Assembly: GCA_040217195.1 (NCBI GenBank) | Contig: JAVJNR010000010.1 | Span: forward strand, 17,964-81,963 | Direction: 5' to 3' | Source of the DNA: Leptospiraceae bacterium | Lineage (GTDB): Bacteria; Spirochaetota; Leptospiria; Leptospirales; Leptonemataceae | Length of the DNA: 64,000 nucleotides | In this document: piece after piece, positions 53,727 to 62,353 of the stretch | Numbering within the stretch: the stretch's first letter is position 1 | How the letters are laid out: each line of letters begins with the position of its first letter | Notes under the pieces: model-generated | Told to the model about the DNA's origin: nothing | Database searches by the model: none | The model's input: the letters and a program-made list of their open reading frames with translations, nothing else | Translations under genes and position numbers: made by a program

Positions 53727-54024
53727 AAATCAGATTCGGGAAACCAGGGACTCCTATTGCTCGGACATTCAGATCCCCGATGCAGCCAGGGTCCGGCCAG
53801 GGCAACGGCTGCAGAACTCCCATTACAATGCCCTGGTAGATCACTGCGCCGATCTGGCCCGGTGCCTCCGGTACGAGCAATGCGTAAGAAAGATCACTGA
53901 ATGGGAGCGCGACTGCCAGACCGAAAGAGTCCGCGCCCTGGAAGACCAATGGCTCCCCGGAGCCTTTACCCCCCGCTTTAAGTGCGGGATCCCAAAACCG
54001 CTCTGCGGACTGGAGGAAGACTGA
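53659..54024 (+). CDS. Putative o-spanin lipoprotein
   Basis: MKFRMLSSLLLATMIVLN|C spirochaete-type lipobox; GGAGG RBS; Cys-rich. Confidence 0.6.
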   Translation: MKFRMLSSLLLATMIVLNCQSSENQIRETRDSYCSDIQIPDAARVRPGQRLQNSHYNALVDHCADLARCLRYEQCVRKITEWERDCQTERVRALEDQWLPGAFTPRFKCGIPKPLCGLEED

Positions 54025-54326
54025 TGGTAGAACAAACCCTGATACAACAAATCCTGAACCTGATCGACCTGAAAGCAGTGATCGGTATAGTCCTGATCTG
54101 CTACTGGCTATTTGACCACTCCCCGAAGATCATCCGGAAGAACTTCCGTTATCCCGGTGCGAAGACCTACGGTACCATGATTGTAGCGGTCATTGTGTCC
54201 GTGGCTTCCTACTGGATCGATCCTTCCCGTCCGGAGGCCAACGTATTGTCCTACTTCCTGGCCACCAGCTTCTATGAGGCCATCATCAAGCGAATTAAAG
54301 GCAATTTCCAGGGACCGGAAGTATGA
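54024..54326 (+). CDS. Holin
   Basis: 100 aa, 2-3 TM segments, directly before endolysin. Confidence 0.65.
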   Translation: MVEQTLIQQILNLIDLKAVIGIVLICYWLFDHSPKIIRKNFRYPGAKTYGTMIVAVIVSVASYWIDPSRPEANVLSYFLATSFYEAIIKRIKGNFQGPEV

Positions 54327-55102
54327 GTCAGTCGGTACTGAGCAGAGGGGCAGAGGCCGCCGTGGAGACAATCACAGAAACGCTCCACAAGCAATGGAAA
54401 GAGTCCATAGTGGAGATGCCCTGGGATGAGCGGGCCTACTACCAGGAGCACTATCCAAAGGACCAGCTATTCCTCCATCACACGGATGGTCGAACTTCCG
54501 CCGCCGCCAGTGCCCGCTACCTGGAAGGATCTTCTATCCAGACCCGGGTGAACGGAGACAGCCGGGGCCAGCACTACTCCGTCGGAGTCGCCTGGTGGCT
54601 GGATCGTGATGGCACGACCATCAAGACATTCGATGACCGATGCTGGGCGCACCACAACGGCACGGGGCGCAGAGGAGCCCGCAGATCCATTGCCATCGAG
54701 CTCGAGAACCTGGGCATCATCACTGAGCGGGACGGCAGCTTCTACAATCGATATGGTGAACAGATCACAGAGGAGCAGTATCCAATCTATGAGCATCCAG
54801 AGCCCTGGAGGGGTAGCCGCTTCTATGAAGCCTACACGGATACCCAGGTGGACAGTCTGATTCTACTGATGGATGATATCTTGCGGCGCCATCCAGGGAT
54901 CCCCCGAAGAATCCCGCAGAACTTCTTTCCAGAAGTTCCCCTCACCCGCACCCAGCTTGCCCGATTCAAAGGCATTCTGGCTCACACATTCACGGTCGGA
55001 TACATTCCGAAACGCTACGCCAAATATGATGTGAGCATTGCCCTTCGGCCGCACATGGATCGTATATGCAGGGCACTGAAGCTGCAACGAGTGAGGATCT
55101 AA
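54323..55102 (+). CDS. Endolysin, N-acetylmuramoyl-L-alanine amidase (Amidase_2)
   Basis: LFLHHT, WAHHNG, SIAIELENLG, YTDTQVDSL, GILAH, KYDVS. Confidence 0.88.
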   Translation: MSQSVLSRGAEAAVETITETLHKQWKESIVEMPWDERAYYQEHYPKDQLFLHHTDGRTSAAASARYLEGSSIQTRVNGDSRGQHYSVGVAWWLDRDGTTIKTFDDRCWAHHNGTGRRGARRSIAIELENLGIITERDGSFYNRYGEQITEEQYPIYEHPEPWRGSRFYEAYTDTQVDSLILLMDDILRRHPGIPRRIPQNFFPEVPLTRTQLARFKGILAHTFTVGYIPKRYAKYDVSIALRPHMDRICRALKLQRVRI

Positions 55103-55164
55103 ACAATACCCCACATCCGTTTAGCCTTGCACCACCCTGAGGCGATCCGATCCCGAGAAACGGA

Positions 55165-55193
55165 TTGACATTTTCCGCCCTGGACAATATAAT
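55165..55193 (+). promoter_or_regulatory. Perfect sigma70 promoter TTGACA-N17-TATAAT with no downstream ORF
   Basis: TTGACA 55165-55170, TATAAT 55188-55193. Confidence 0.85.
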
Positions 55194-55199
55194 AGTGGT

Positions 55200-55245
55200 G
55201 AACCACTGAAAGCGCGAATGCGCTGTAGGTGGTGTTTCTTTATTT
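55200..55245 (+). ncRNA. Putative small structured RNA associated with DUF3800 gene
   Basis: ACCACU-GAA-AGCGC-GAAU-GCGCU-GUA-GGUGGU hairpin with GAA/GUA loop-E-type internal loop, then U-rich tail. Confidence 0.6.
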
Positions 55246-56025
55246 GGGGTAGACTACAATTCCAAACCGATCCGTTTTCGATGCCTTTAGGTTCAATACC
55301 GGCTCGAGCCTCCTCAACCACCGATCCAATCGTGCAGAGTTGACCAAAGGAGGGATTCTTCCAGCCAAATTACCAACTCCCAATTGCAAAAGCTTATGCA
55401 TATAAACAATGTAGGCCGCGCAATCGCACGCTTGTAGAAAGTAGCTTTCCCCGGAGTCCTTCGGCAGGGGATCTTCGAGGAGCCTTGTAATCTTTCTGTT
55501 GACTGCTCCACCGAAATGCGACGGCACGAAATTTACTCTCTGAATCCGGCGGCTCGTTGACCTCATTTTTCCGACTCGACCTTCATCGGTTATGACCAAG
55601 AACTTCGCCGTTGGGTCCCTATTGCTGAGGTCATTTTCCATCCTCTGAATTGAATAGCTGAGTGCGCTGTCTAAGACACCATAATCGCCCCTCTGGATAG
55701 CGTGCTTGTTTATCACCACGTTCACTATCCGTACGTCCAATCGGGATATTTCATTAACAAAAGCTTCAATAATGGCGACGCGCTGGCGGCCCGATAGACT
55801 CAGGCTCCTGTAATCCCCCTTATTAAGGAGAAGCTCTTTCGTGTGAATCTCCCATTTCAAGGGAAACTTGTATTTTTTCGTCAGCCTTTGCCGGAAACTA
55901 CGCAGTCGCTCATATTCTTGCTGCCACATGGCCATATGCACCATGATTCCGGATAGGACGAACAATGGAGATGAAAATTGCGGATAGCCATCGTCACCCG
56001 ACTCATCGTAGTATACAAGATACAT
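55240..56025 (-). CDS. DUF3800 domain protein (RNase H-like acidic triad)
   Basis: MYLVYYDESG, FVLSG, EIH, VITDEG, DS..SYFLQACDCAAY; lower GC. Confidence 0.85.
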   Translation of the reverse strand: MYLVYYDESGDDGYPQFSSPLFVLSGIMVHMAMWQQEYERLRSFRQRLTKKYKFPLKWEIHTKELLLNKGDYRSLSLSGRQRVAIIEAFVNEISRLDVRIVNVVINKHAIQRGDYGVLDSALSYSIQRMENDLSNRDPTAKFLVITDEGRVGKMRSTSRRIQRVNFVPSHFGGAVNRKITRLLEDPLPKDSGESYFLQACDCAAYIVYMHKLLQLGVGNLAGRIPPLVNSARLDRWLRRLEPVLNLKASKTDRFGIVVYPK

Positions 56026-56106
56026 GGAACCAATTCGACTTCCTGGGCAACGGAATGCAAATAGAATGCAAAAGAACGGCCACCGAACGGCGACACAATT
56101 ACAGTG

Positions 56107-56880
56107 TTAGCTGCTTCGCAGTTTACGAATGATTCGATCCAACTCTTCCACAGCTACCTGGCGATCCGCCTTTGAAAGCTTTTCCAGCTCTTTCTCGAAC
56201 TTGGACAATGTACTGAATGCGCTCTGACTCTTTTTCCGGTCCTGGGCCAGAACCTTCTTTGCCGCCTGGATATCCTTCCGCTCCACCCTGCCCTTTGCCA
56301 GTTTTGCTGCTTCATCGTAGAGGTTCTTATAGCGCTGAAGCATCCTGGGCTGAATCCCGGTCTTTTCTACGAGTTCATCGAGGTGATAGTTCTGACCCCG
56401 CTTTCGGCTGAAGTAATCGGGGTATGTGTCGGCCAGCAGGAGCACTTTGCCTTCCACATCATTCTTCTTTGCGGTGATGTTGTCGCCACCCAGGGCCAGC
56501 AGCTCTTCCTCCTTTGAGAGCTTTCTGGTAACGTAACGGACCGGGACTTTTTCATCTCCGCGCTCTATAGCGATTTCTTTCCGAACGTGGCCACCGAGAA
56601 TCTTGCCCCCGGCCTGCCAGTTATTTGGATCGTCTGGGAGAAAAATGATCGGCTCCAGGATCCCGGACAGATCGATGGAGGCCTTTACCTCGGCTTTTTT
56701 CTTGGGATCGTTGGAGAAGTACCGGTAGTTGTCTTCATGATCCCGGAGCAGATTAGGAGAGAGCTCCCGGACCGGAGACAGAAATTTCTCCTCGATAGAA
56801 AACGACATTGTGTCGTTTTCCTGGAGCCCCCGGCGCTTTAGTCCGCCCGAGATATTGCCTCTGAGAGTCTTCTTGCTCAC
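56107..56880 (-). CDS. parB: ParB-like partition protein
   Basis: SIDLSGILEPII...ILGGHVR...VPV; GTGA-coupled to parA. Confidence 0.8.
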   Translation of the reverse strand: MSKKTLRGNISGGLKRRGLQENDTMSFSIEEKFLSPVRELSPNLLRDHEDNYRYFSNDPKKKAEVKASIDLSGILEPIIFLPDDPNNWQAGGKILGGHVRKEIAIERGDEKVPVRYVTRKLSKEEELLALGGDNITAKKNDVEGKVLLLADTYPDYFSRKRGQNYHLDELVEKTGIQPRMLQRYKNLYDEAAKLAKGRVERKDIQAAKKVLAQDRKKSQSAFSTLSKFEKELEKLSKADRQVAVEELDRIIRKLRSS

Positions 56881-57596
56881 GACAACTCCTTACTCAGCCT
56901 GTGAAACTGCTCTTCCGAATCGGATCCAGAGGGCAGGGGACGGCCCCGACCCAGGGCTGTTTTCACCACCCCTTTACGGAGAATCGATGCCCTTGAGAAC
57001 TCCACTTCCCCGTCCATATCCTGGCGCAGTTTTTCATCCTCAGACCCGGAGACGATAGAAGGCACCACAAGCAGCCTCTGGGATCCCCCGCTCTTCCGGG
57101 CTTTCGCCACCTCATCAATAAGCATCCCAACTCCCTGGACCGCCCATCGATCATAGGTCATTGGAGAGAGGACAATATCTGCCATGTTGATTGCCTGGCG
57201 GAATTCATAGGATAGCCCTGGAGGAGAATCCACAATCGCATAATCGTATTCCAGGCACCGCACTTCTTTAGCAATCCGCAGCATTGCTCCCGGGTCCCCT
57301 GCCATTTCAATCCCGGCCCGATGCAGATGCAGGGTAGATGGGATACAGTCGATCCCGAAACCTGTCTCCCAGATGAGCTCGCGTGGGTCCGCAGCCTCCG
57401 TCAATAGCTGCAGAGCTCCCCGCCGGTCGAGCTGGTCAATATCCGTATCCCGCAGAAGGAAATCGGTGGCGCTGGCCTGGGGATCCAGATCCAGGAAAAC
57501 GACATTGTGTCGTTTTCTCAATTCGAGTGCCAGGTGGATACTGATGGCCGTCTTTCCCACGCCGCCTTTCAGGGATGACAGAATAATGATTTTCAC
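56877..57596 (-). CDS. parA: ParA family ATPase
   Basis: SLKGGVGKT, LDLDPQASAT, YAIVDSPP. Confidence 0.93.
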   Translation of the reverse strand: MKIIILSSLKGGVGKTAISIHLALELRKRHNVVFLDLDPQASATDFLLRDTDIDQLDRRGALQLLTEAADPRELIWETGFGIDCIPSTLHLHRAGIEMAGDPGAMLRIAKEVRCLEYDYAIVDSPPGLSYEFRQAINMADIVLSPMTYDRWAVQGVGMLIDEVAKARKSGGSQRLLVVPSIVSGSEDEKLRQDMDGEVEFSRASILRKGVVKTALGRGRPLPSGSDSEEQFHRLSKELS

Positions 57597-57649
57597 AGGC
57601 GGAACGTCCTCGACGCAAACTCACCGGTCAATTCATTCTACACGGAAAG

Positions 57650-57862
57650 ATGGATAGCGAAAGAAAAATGGATCCGGACCTCCGGGAAACCACCATTACC
57701 GAGATCAAACTGGCCGCGAAGGCCATGGGGATGGACCTTCTTACGGAATGGAGCCCTGAAGAAAAAGAGAGGTTACTCAGCAACCTCGACGAATTGCCAG
57801 ACCATACGCTTATCATGGCTCACCAATGGCTCTTACCTGACCACTGGACCGGGCATAACTAA
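57650..57862 (+). CDS. Small hypothetical protein
   Basis: Protein-like helical ORF divergent from parA. Confidence 0.5.
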   Translation: MDSERKMDPDLRETTITEIKLAAKAMGMDLLTEWSPEEKERLLSNLDELPDHTLIMAHQWLLPDHWTGHN

Positions 57863-58231
57863 CTGCCTGGAGCCAGGCACCCATGAATTGCCTTCGAGGT
57901 CCTCTGACTTCGACTACCTGGGACCAGGCAGTTTTTTTCTTGACCGCCATGTACTTAGCCAGTACACGTTTACCCAGAGCAACGCTAACCTGTGTTGCCC
58001 GGGTTACCAGGCGGGGCAGGGGGGTCAGAGCCCCTCTCCGCATTCCCTTCCTCTCCCCAATACGCCCGCCCCGATTTTATGTCGCATTTAAACTTGACGG
58101 ACTATTATGTCTCATTAGGGTGCGTACTGGCTACACCTCTCTGACCCGCTTTGCGGAAGGTTTAGCCACCCGGGCACGAAGCCCTCAACATTGATTATCC
58201 GGACCCTGCGATAACAGGGGAGGGGGAAGGT

Positions 58232-58867
58232 ATGCTTGCACGACAGAAGATAGTCGGGCCGGGGCAGCTTGTGCCCGCAGAGCCTGGCCAAAAGCCACAA
58301 AAGAAACCGCGAGGGAAGAAAGGCCCCCGAATGAGCCTGCTTCGCCGAATTGAAAGACTTAGCCATCATAACGTTCAGCGATTCTCTGGATGGTGTTTTG
58401 CGGGAAACGATACCCTGGCAGCGGACTATGACGTAGAACCCAGGACTATTCGCCGCTGGTTCCGCCAACTCGAAAATGAGAAGCTCATTGAGACAAAAAT
58501 CGTTGGCAACATCCGCCTGAGCCGGGCGACAAAGCGTGGCCTCGGAGCCCTGGCAGACGAGGGAGGGGCGGACAAATTGACCCCGGACATCCCCGAGAAG
58601 ACCACTTCCTTGTCCGGAGAGGCGGACATTGAGTCCGTGTCCGGCGGACAAATAGCTCATAGAGGAGGACATTCGGCCCCCGTACATAGTACCGATCTCT
58701 CTACCGAGTACGTACTGGCGGCGCTTCGGAAGAAACTGAGTCCCGGTTCATACGAACAAGCTTCCCAAGCCTATGTTGCTGCAGCTGACGGAAAAGTGAT
58801 CTTTCTGCATCTCCCAAATTACCTTGAAGAGATCCTCCGGTCATTTTTCGATGCTGAATTTATTTAG
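58232..58867 (+). CDS. HTH replication initiator (plasmid-state Rep)
   Basis: GWCFAGNDTLAADYDVEPRTIRRWFRQLENEKLI; GGGGAGGGG RBS; next to parAB. Confidence 0.75.
   Translation: MLARQKIVGPGQLVPAEPGQKPQKKPRGKKGPRMSLLRRIERLSHHNVQRFSGWCFAGNDTLAADYDVEPRTIRRWFRQLENEKLIETKIVGNIRLSRATKRGLGALADEGGADKLTPDIPEKTTSLSGEADIESVSGGQIAHRGGHSAPVHSTDLSTEYVLAALRKKLSPGSYEQASQAYVAAADGKVIFLHLPNYLEEILRSFFDAEFI
58567..58673. repeat. Iteron-like GG(C/A)GGACA repeats inside rep (putative origin)
   Basis: GGCGGACAAAT at 58567 and 58643, GGCGGACATT 58621, GGAGGACATT 58664, CCGGACAT 58583, inverted TGTCCGG at 58611 and 58638. Confidence 0.6.
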
Positions 58868-58882
58868 GGCGGATGCAGGCGA

Positions 58883-59629
58883 CTATCTTCCGACGAATGC
58901 ACCAAGCCCAGCAGATACCAAGGTGAAGAGGCTAAACCCGCCGATGAAAGCAATTACGGACGGTTGGCTATCCACGTGAACATCATGGGCCTCCTGAAGC
59001 ATGTCTTCGATGGCGCCCACGGCCAGTAGGCCGGATACGACTGCCAGGCCGCCCGCCTTTATTTGCCCCGGGGCACCGCGAAGAAGAAAGTATGCAGCCA
59101 CAGCGGCCCCAACAACGTAGACGAAGAATGAAACGGAAAGAGATATTCGGCGAGCCCTGACAATACCTTTACTGCGGAAGTTTGCAGCCGCTGCGTACCC
59201 TTCCGGCACGTCTGCGAGCACCTGGCCGGCAGATAGAACTAGGGCCCACTTCAAAGAAACGGAGGCACCCGTGCCCGTCATCAGCCCGTCGCTCATAAGG
59301 TCGATGGCTACGGCGGCATAAATCATCCACATGCGTCTGTTCCCTGCACCATCACTTGTGCCTTGTAGGCGTTTGACTATGGAATCCAGTGCTATGTAGC
59401 TTAAGCCACCTATGGCAAAGGCAAGCGCAACCCACCAGCCCGCGATTTGCTCAAGAGCACCTGGTATGAGTTCCACGGCTACGATTGCGATAACGATACC
59501 CGACGCCGCGTGAAGAGCCCAATTCAGAGACCGAGCTGAGGGAGCCCTTGCTTCTGCGGCGAGGGCTCCGAGAAAGTTGCCGGCACCGGGCAACAAGGAT
59601 AGCAGGATTACAGTAAAGATATCTTCCAT
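58883..59629 (-). CDS. ZIP family metal transporter
   Basis: Multi-TM; AVAIDLMSDGL, QVLADVPEG, EDMLQEAH. Confidence 0.85.
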   Translation of the reverse strand: MEDIFTVILLSLLPGAGNFLGALAAEARAPSARSLNWALHAASGIVIAIVAVELIPGALEQIAGWWVALAFAIGGLSYIALDSIVKRLQGTSDGAGNRRMWMIYAAVAIDLMSDGLMTGTGASVSLKWALVLSAGQVLADVPEGYAAAANFRSKGIVRARRISLSVSFFVYVVGAAVAAYFLLRGAPGQIKAGGLAVVSGLLAVGAIEDMLQEAHDVHVDSQPSVIAFIGGFSLFTLVSAGLGAFVGR

Positions 59630-59931
59630 GGATACTCTTGGTAAATACAAATGAGTCTGAATAGTGGTGACAACCATTATAAAGATAGAAGCGACCGAGT
59701 CATATCTATAAAAAGTCGAATCTCCTAAATACTAAAATCTATCTTCAAAATGCGCCCGTCTGCAATCCGAAAATTACCGTTTTCGCCTCGAAACGAAGGC
59801 GATATGTTAGTTCTGCCTGTCGGGTGCAGGCGCTCGGCACGGTTCTAAGCCTTAATTCGATCCGGGGACTCCACATTCAACGGTTTACAAAATAATGTTG
59901 ACAGCCCCTGGCAAAACGTTGCGATTGATAT

Positions 59932-60348
59932 GTGCGCGGACTAACCCACAGGACAGCAGTGCTTTCATTGCTTGTATTTCTGGGAATAGTAATTGGGCCT
60001 CCGATCTTCTGTCATCAAGGATGGAGCGGCTCCGAACTGCAGGCAACAACTTTGGCTGCTGGCTCTTTTGCCACCGAGGCATCCAGATCTGAAACACAGC
60101 AGCACTGGCATACAGCATTCTCGCACTGTCGGTCCGAATGCGGGCCTCCTGAATCAGCATTGAGCCATTTCGCAGAAGGGGGCTCCCTGTTTTTCGCGCC
60201 TTTTCCGGACTTTTTGTCCTGCCCGGCGGTGCCAGAAATCTTGCTTCCTTCGAGTCGATACTACCTGGTGTCGCATTCGGATGATCGCCAGGTGGCCATC
60301 ATCCGTGATATAGCTCTTCCTTTGTCCAACGCCCCCCCCGCCTCCTGA
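59932..60348 (+). CDS. Hypothetical exported protein upstream of efflux operon (CzcI-like position)
   Basis: N-terminal hydrophobic segment, His/Cys, C-terminal APP. Confidence 0.4.
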   Translation: MRGLTHRTAVLSLLVFLGIVIGPPIFCHQGWSGSELQATTLAAGSFATEASRSETQQHWHTAFSHCRSECGPPESALSHFAEGGSLFFAPFPDFLSCPAVPEILLPSSRYYLVSHSDDRQVAIIRDIALPLSNAPPAS

Positions 60349-60376
60349 AGATAGTCAATCTTTAAAGGAGGAAACA

Positions 60377-61684
60377 ATGAAACAGTACTACTTGTATGCT
60401 GGCTGGCTGGCCTTGCTGCTGGTTCCAGCCATGCATTCCATCGATGCAGAGGAGCCCGAAACCGCTTCTGTGGAGGCTACAAACTCCCTGGAGCTACAGG
60501 AATGCAGCTTGAACGGCCCTGCCGATGTTCTACGATGCGTAAAGAAGAATGACCCTGACGTGCGAAAAGCACGGTCCCAATTGCAACAAAGAATCTCGGC
60601 CATAGAAACTGCGGAGCAACGGCCCAACCCTGAGCTGGAAGCCGAGGCAGACCTCAGTTCGCCCAGGTCCTACACCCTGGAATACAGACACATAATAGAG
60701 CTGGGCAATCGGCGAGAACTCCGCACGAATGTGGCTCAGGGCCGACAGCGAGAAGCAGCGCTTCAAGTGGAACTATCGCTGCAAAATGCAGTGATGCGAA
60801 CAGCCATCGCTCTATACCGCCTCAAACAACTGCGGGAGGAAGAGGTCTTTCTTCGTGAAGCCCGAAATGCCTTCAATACAGCCATCGGGCGGCTTTACCG
60901 ATTACCTTCCAGAAGCGCAAATCAGCAGGCAAGTTTGTTTAGTTACGTTCTGGCAAGAAATAGCATTGAACAGCAGCGGGTTCGAATGGATACGGAGCGA
61001 GAGTCCATTCGCGCAGATCTCGAACGATGGACCGGTCAGCGCATTTCGGATGCTGCACTCACGGCCATTGCAGCCGAGCATCCAAAAAACTGGCCGGAAA
61101 TGCCCGATGAATATTCAAAATCGGTGGAACTGGCTCTGGCTAAAGAAGGCGTCGCACGTTCTGCTGCCAATCTCAGGCTCCAGGAAAGCAGGAAGTGGCC
61201 GGACCTGGGTATTGGCCCACGCTTTTCCTACAGCCCAAATGAATCGGGCCCTCTGGATTTTGGTTCATCTGAAGGACGATGGAATGCAGGAGTTTCTTTT
61301 TCTGTCACGCTTCCACTCTACAATCAATATGAAGGACAGGAGAAAGAAGCTCGAGCCCGGAAAAAATCCGAAGAGATTCAACGACAGACAACCGAGCTTT
61401 CCCTGGAAAGCGAATACCGTTCCATGGCACGATCCTATGCTGTTCTCGTCAATGGCTTCAAACGTACTGCATCGCCGGAATCGATGGCCGGCCAGAGGTA
61501 TGCCATACTCGGGTACTTGAGTCGAGGGCTGGTGAGTCCGCCCATGCTTGTTGAGTACCATCGAACGTATGCGGACTATCTGCATCAATATCATACAACC
61601 CAGCTTCAGGCATTGCGCTTGCTCTGGAGAGGGTATGCTCTATCAGGGAGGGTTTTAGACGATGACGTTATCCGTAGTATTTGA
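60377..61684 (+). CDS. TolC-family outer membrane efflux protein (CzcC-like)
   Basis: Signal peptide; QRPNPEL, IELGNRR, WPDLGIG, SVTLPLYN; AAGGAGG RBS. Confidence 0.88.
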   Translation: MKQYYLYAGWLALLLVPAMHSIDAEEPETASVEATNSLELQECSLNGPADVLRCVKKNDPDVRKARSQLQQRISAIETAEQRPNPELEAEADLSSPRSYTLEYRHIIELGNRRELRTNVAQGRQREAALQVELSLQNAVMRTAIALYRLKQLREEEVFLREARNAFNTAIGRLYRLPSRSANQQASLFSYVLARNSIEQQRVRMDTERESIRADLERWTGQRISDAALTAIAAEHPKNWPEMPDEYSKSVELALAKEGVARSAANLRLQESRKWPDLGIGPRFSYSPNESGPLDFGSSEGRWNAGVSFSVTLPLYNQYEGQEKEARARKKSEEIQRQTTELSLESEYRSMARSYAVLVNGFKRTASPESMAGQRYAILGYLSRGLVSPPMLVEYHRTYADYLHQYHTTQLQALRLLWRGYALSGRVLDDDVIRSI

Positions 61685-62315
61685 CCTATCCAGGGGAAGA
61701 AGGGCCCTACCGGGCCTGGAAAGCTCAAAAATAAGATTCTGCCTGGCGGGCTGCATGCTCACCTTGCTCTCCTTTTGTGGCGAGTCGCCGGAACACGCCA
61801 ATGCGAATTCTCAGTCCGGTCATTCGGAGAGCCATGCTGAGGAAGGCACTCACGATCATGGAGCGCCGGAGGAATCCGACTCACAACATTCAGAGGAAAG
61901 TAGTTCAAACCATACACACAATGAAACGGATTCCTCCGGTTCAAACCAGAATGCAGGGCCGCAGTACGCCGTCTTGAAGGCGAATCAAGAAAAAGGTATC
62001 CAGCTATCCGAGCAATCGCTGAAGATTTGTGGGATTCGTTTTGCAGCCCCCGGGAAGTATAAGGGTAATTTTCCTGCTTCGAGCCTGGTTCATGTGTCCG
62101 GGCTGCAGCTGGTATATGTAAGAAACGGAGATTGGATCTTTCCGGTGAATCTGGGCAACTCCACTCATTCGCAGAGCGCAGAGGAAATCCCTTCGTTGCG
62201 AAAAGCGGCGGCTGTGGACTGGGATCAGTCCGAACTTGCTGTAGAAAATGTGGATATAATCCATCTGGCTCTTCTGGAAGCTTTTGGCGCTTCGGGATCC
62301 GGTCATGGACACTGA
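61662..62315 (+). CDS. His-rich short periplasmic adaptor-like protein (CzcB position)
   Basis: Lipobox-like LLSFC, His-rich linker, GIQLSEQ, C-terminal GHGH. Confidence 0.6.
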   Translation: MTLSVVFDLSRGRRALPGLESSKIRFCLAGCMLTLLSFCGESPEHANANSQSGHSESHAEEGTHDHGAPEESDSQHSEESSSNHTHNETDSSGSNQNAGPQYAVLKANQEKGIQLSEQSLKICGIRFAAPGKYKGNFPASSLVHVSGLQLVYVRNGDWIFPVNLGNSTHSQSAEEIPSLRKAAAVDWDQSELAVENVDIIHLALLEAFGASGSGHGH

Positions 62316-62353
62316 TTCTATCCATCCAGACCGACGATTCAGCAGGAAATTCT

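Larger units (their letters stand above)
1..58867. mobile_element. Temperate myovirus prophage / phage-plasmid (LE1-like, probable Leptospiraceae host); left end (likely terminase) outside window
   Basis: Early, immunity, head, contractile tail, lysis and ParA/ParB/Rep modules present. No integrase or terminase seen. Right boundary approximate (metal-efflux genes follow). Confidence 0.9.

Noticed and set aside
57813..58194. Overlapping small ORFs on both strands between parA and rep
   Set aside because: No convincing RBS or motif; the region may be regulatory (parS or promoter)
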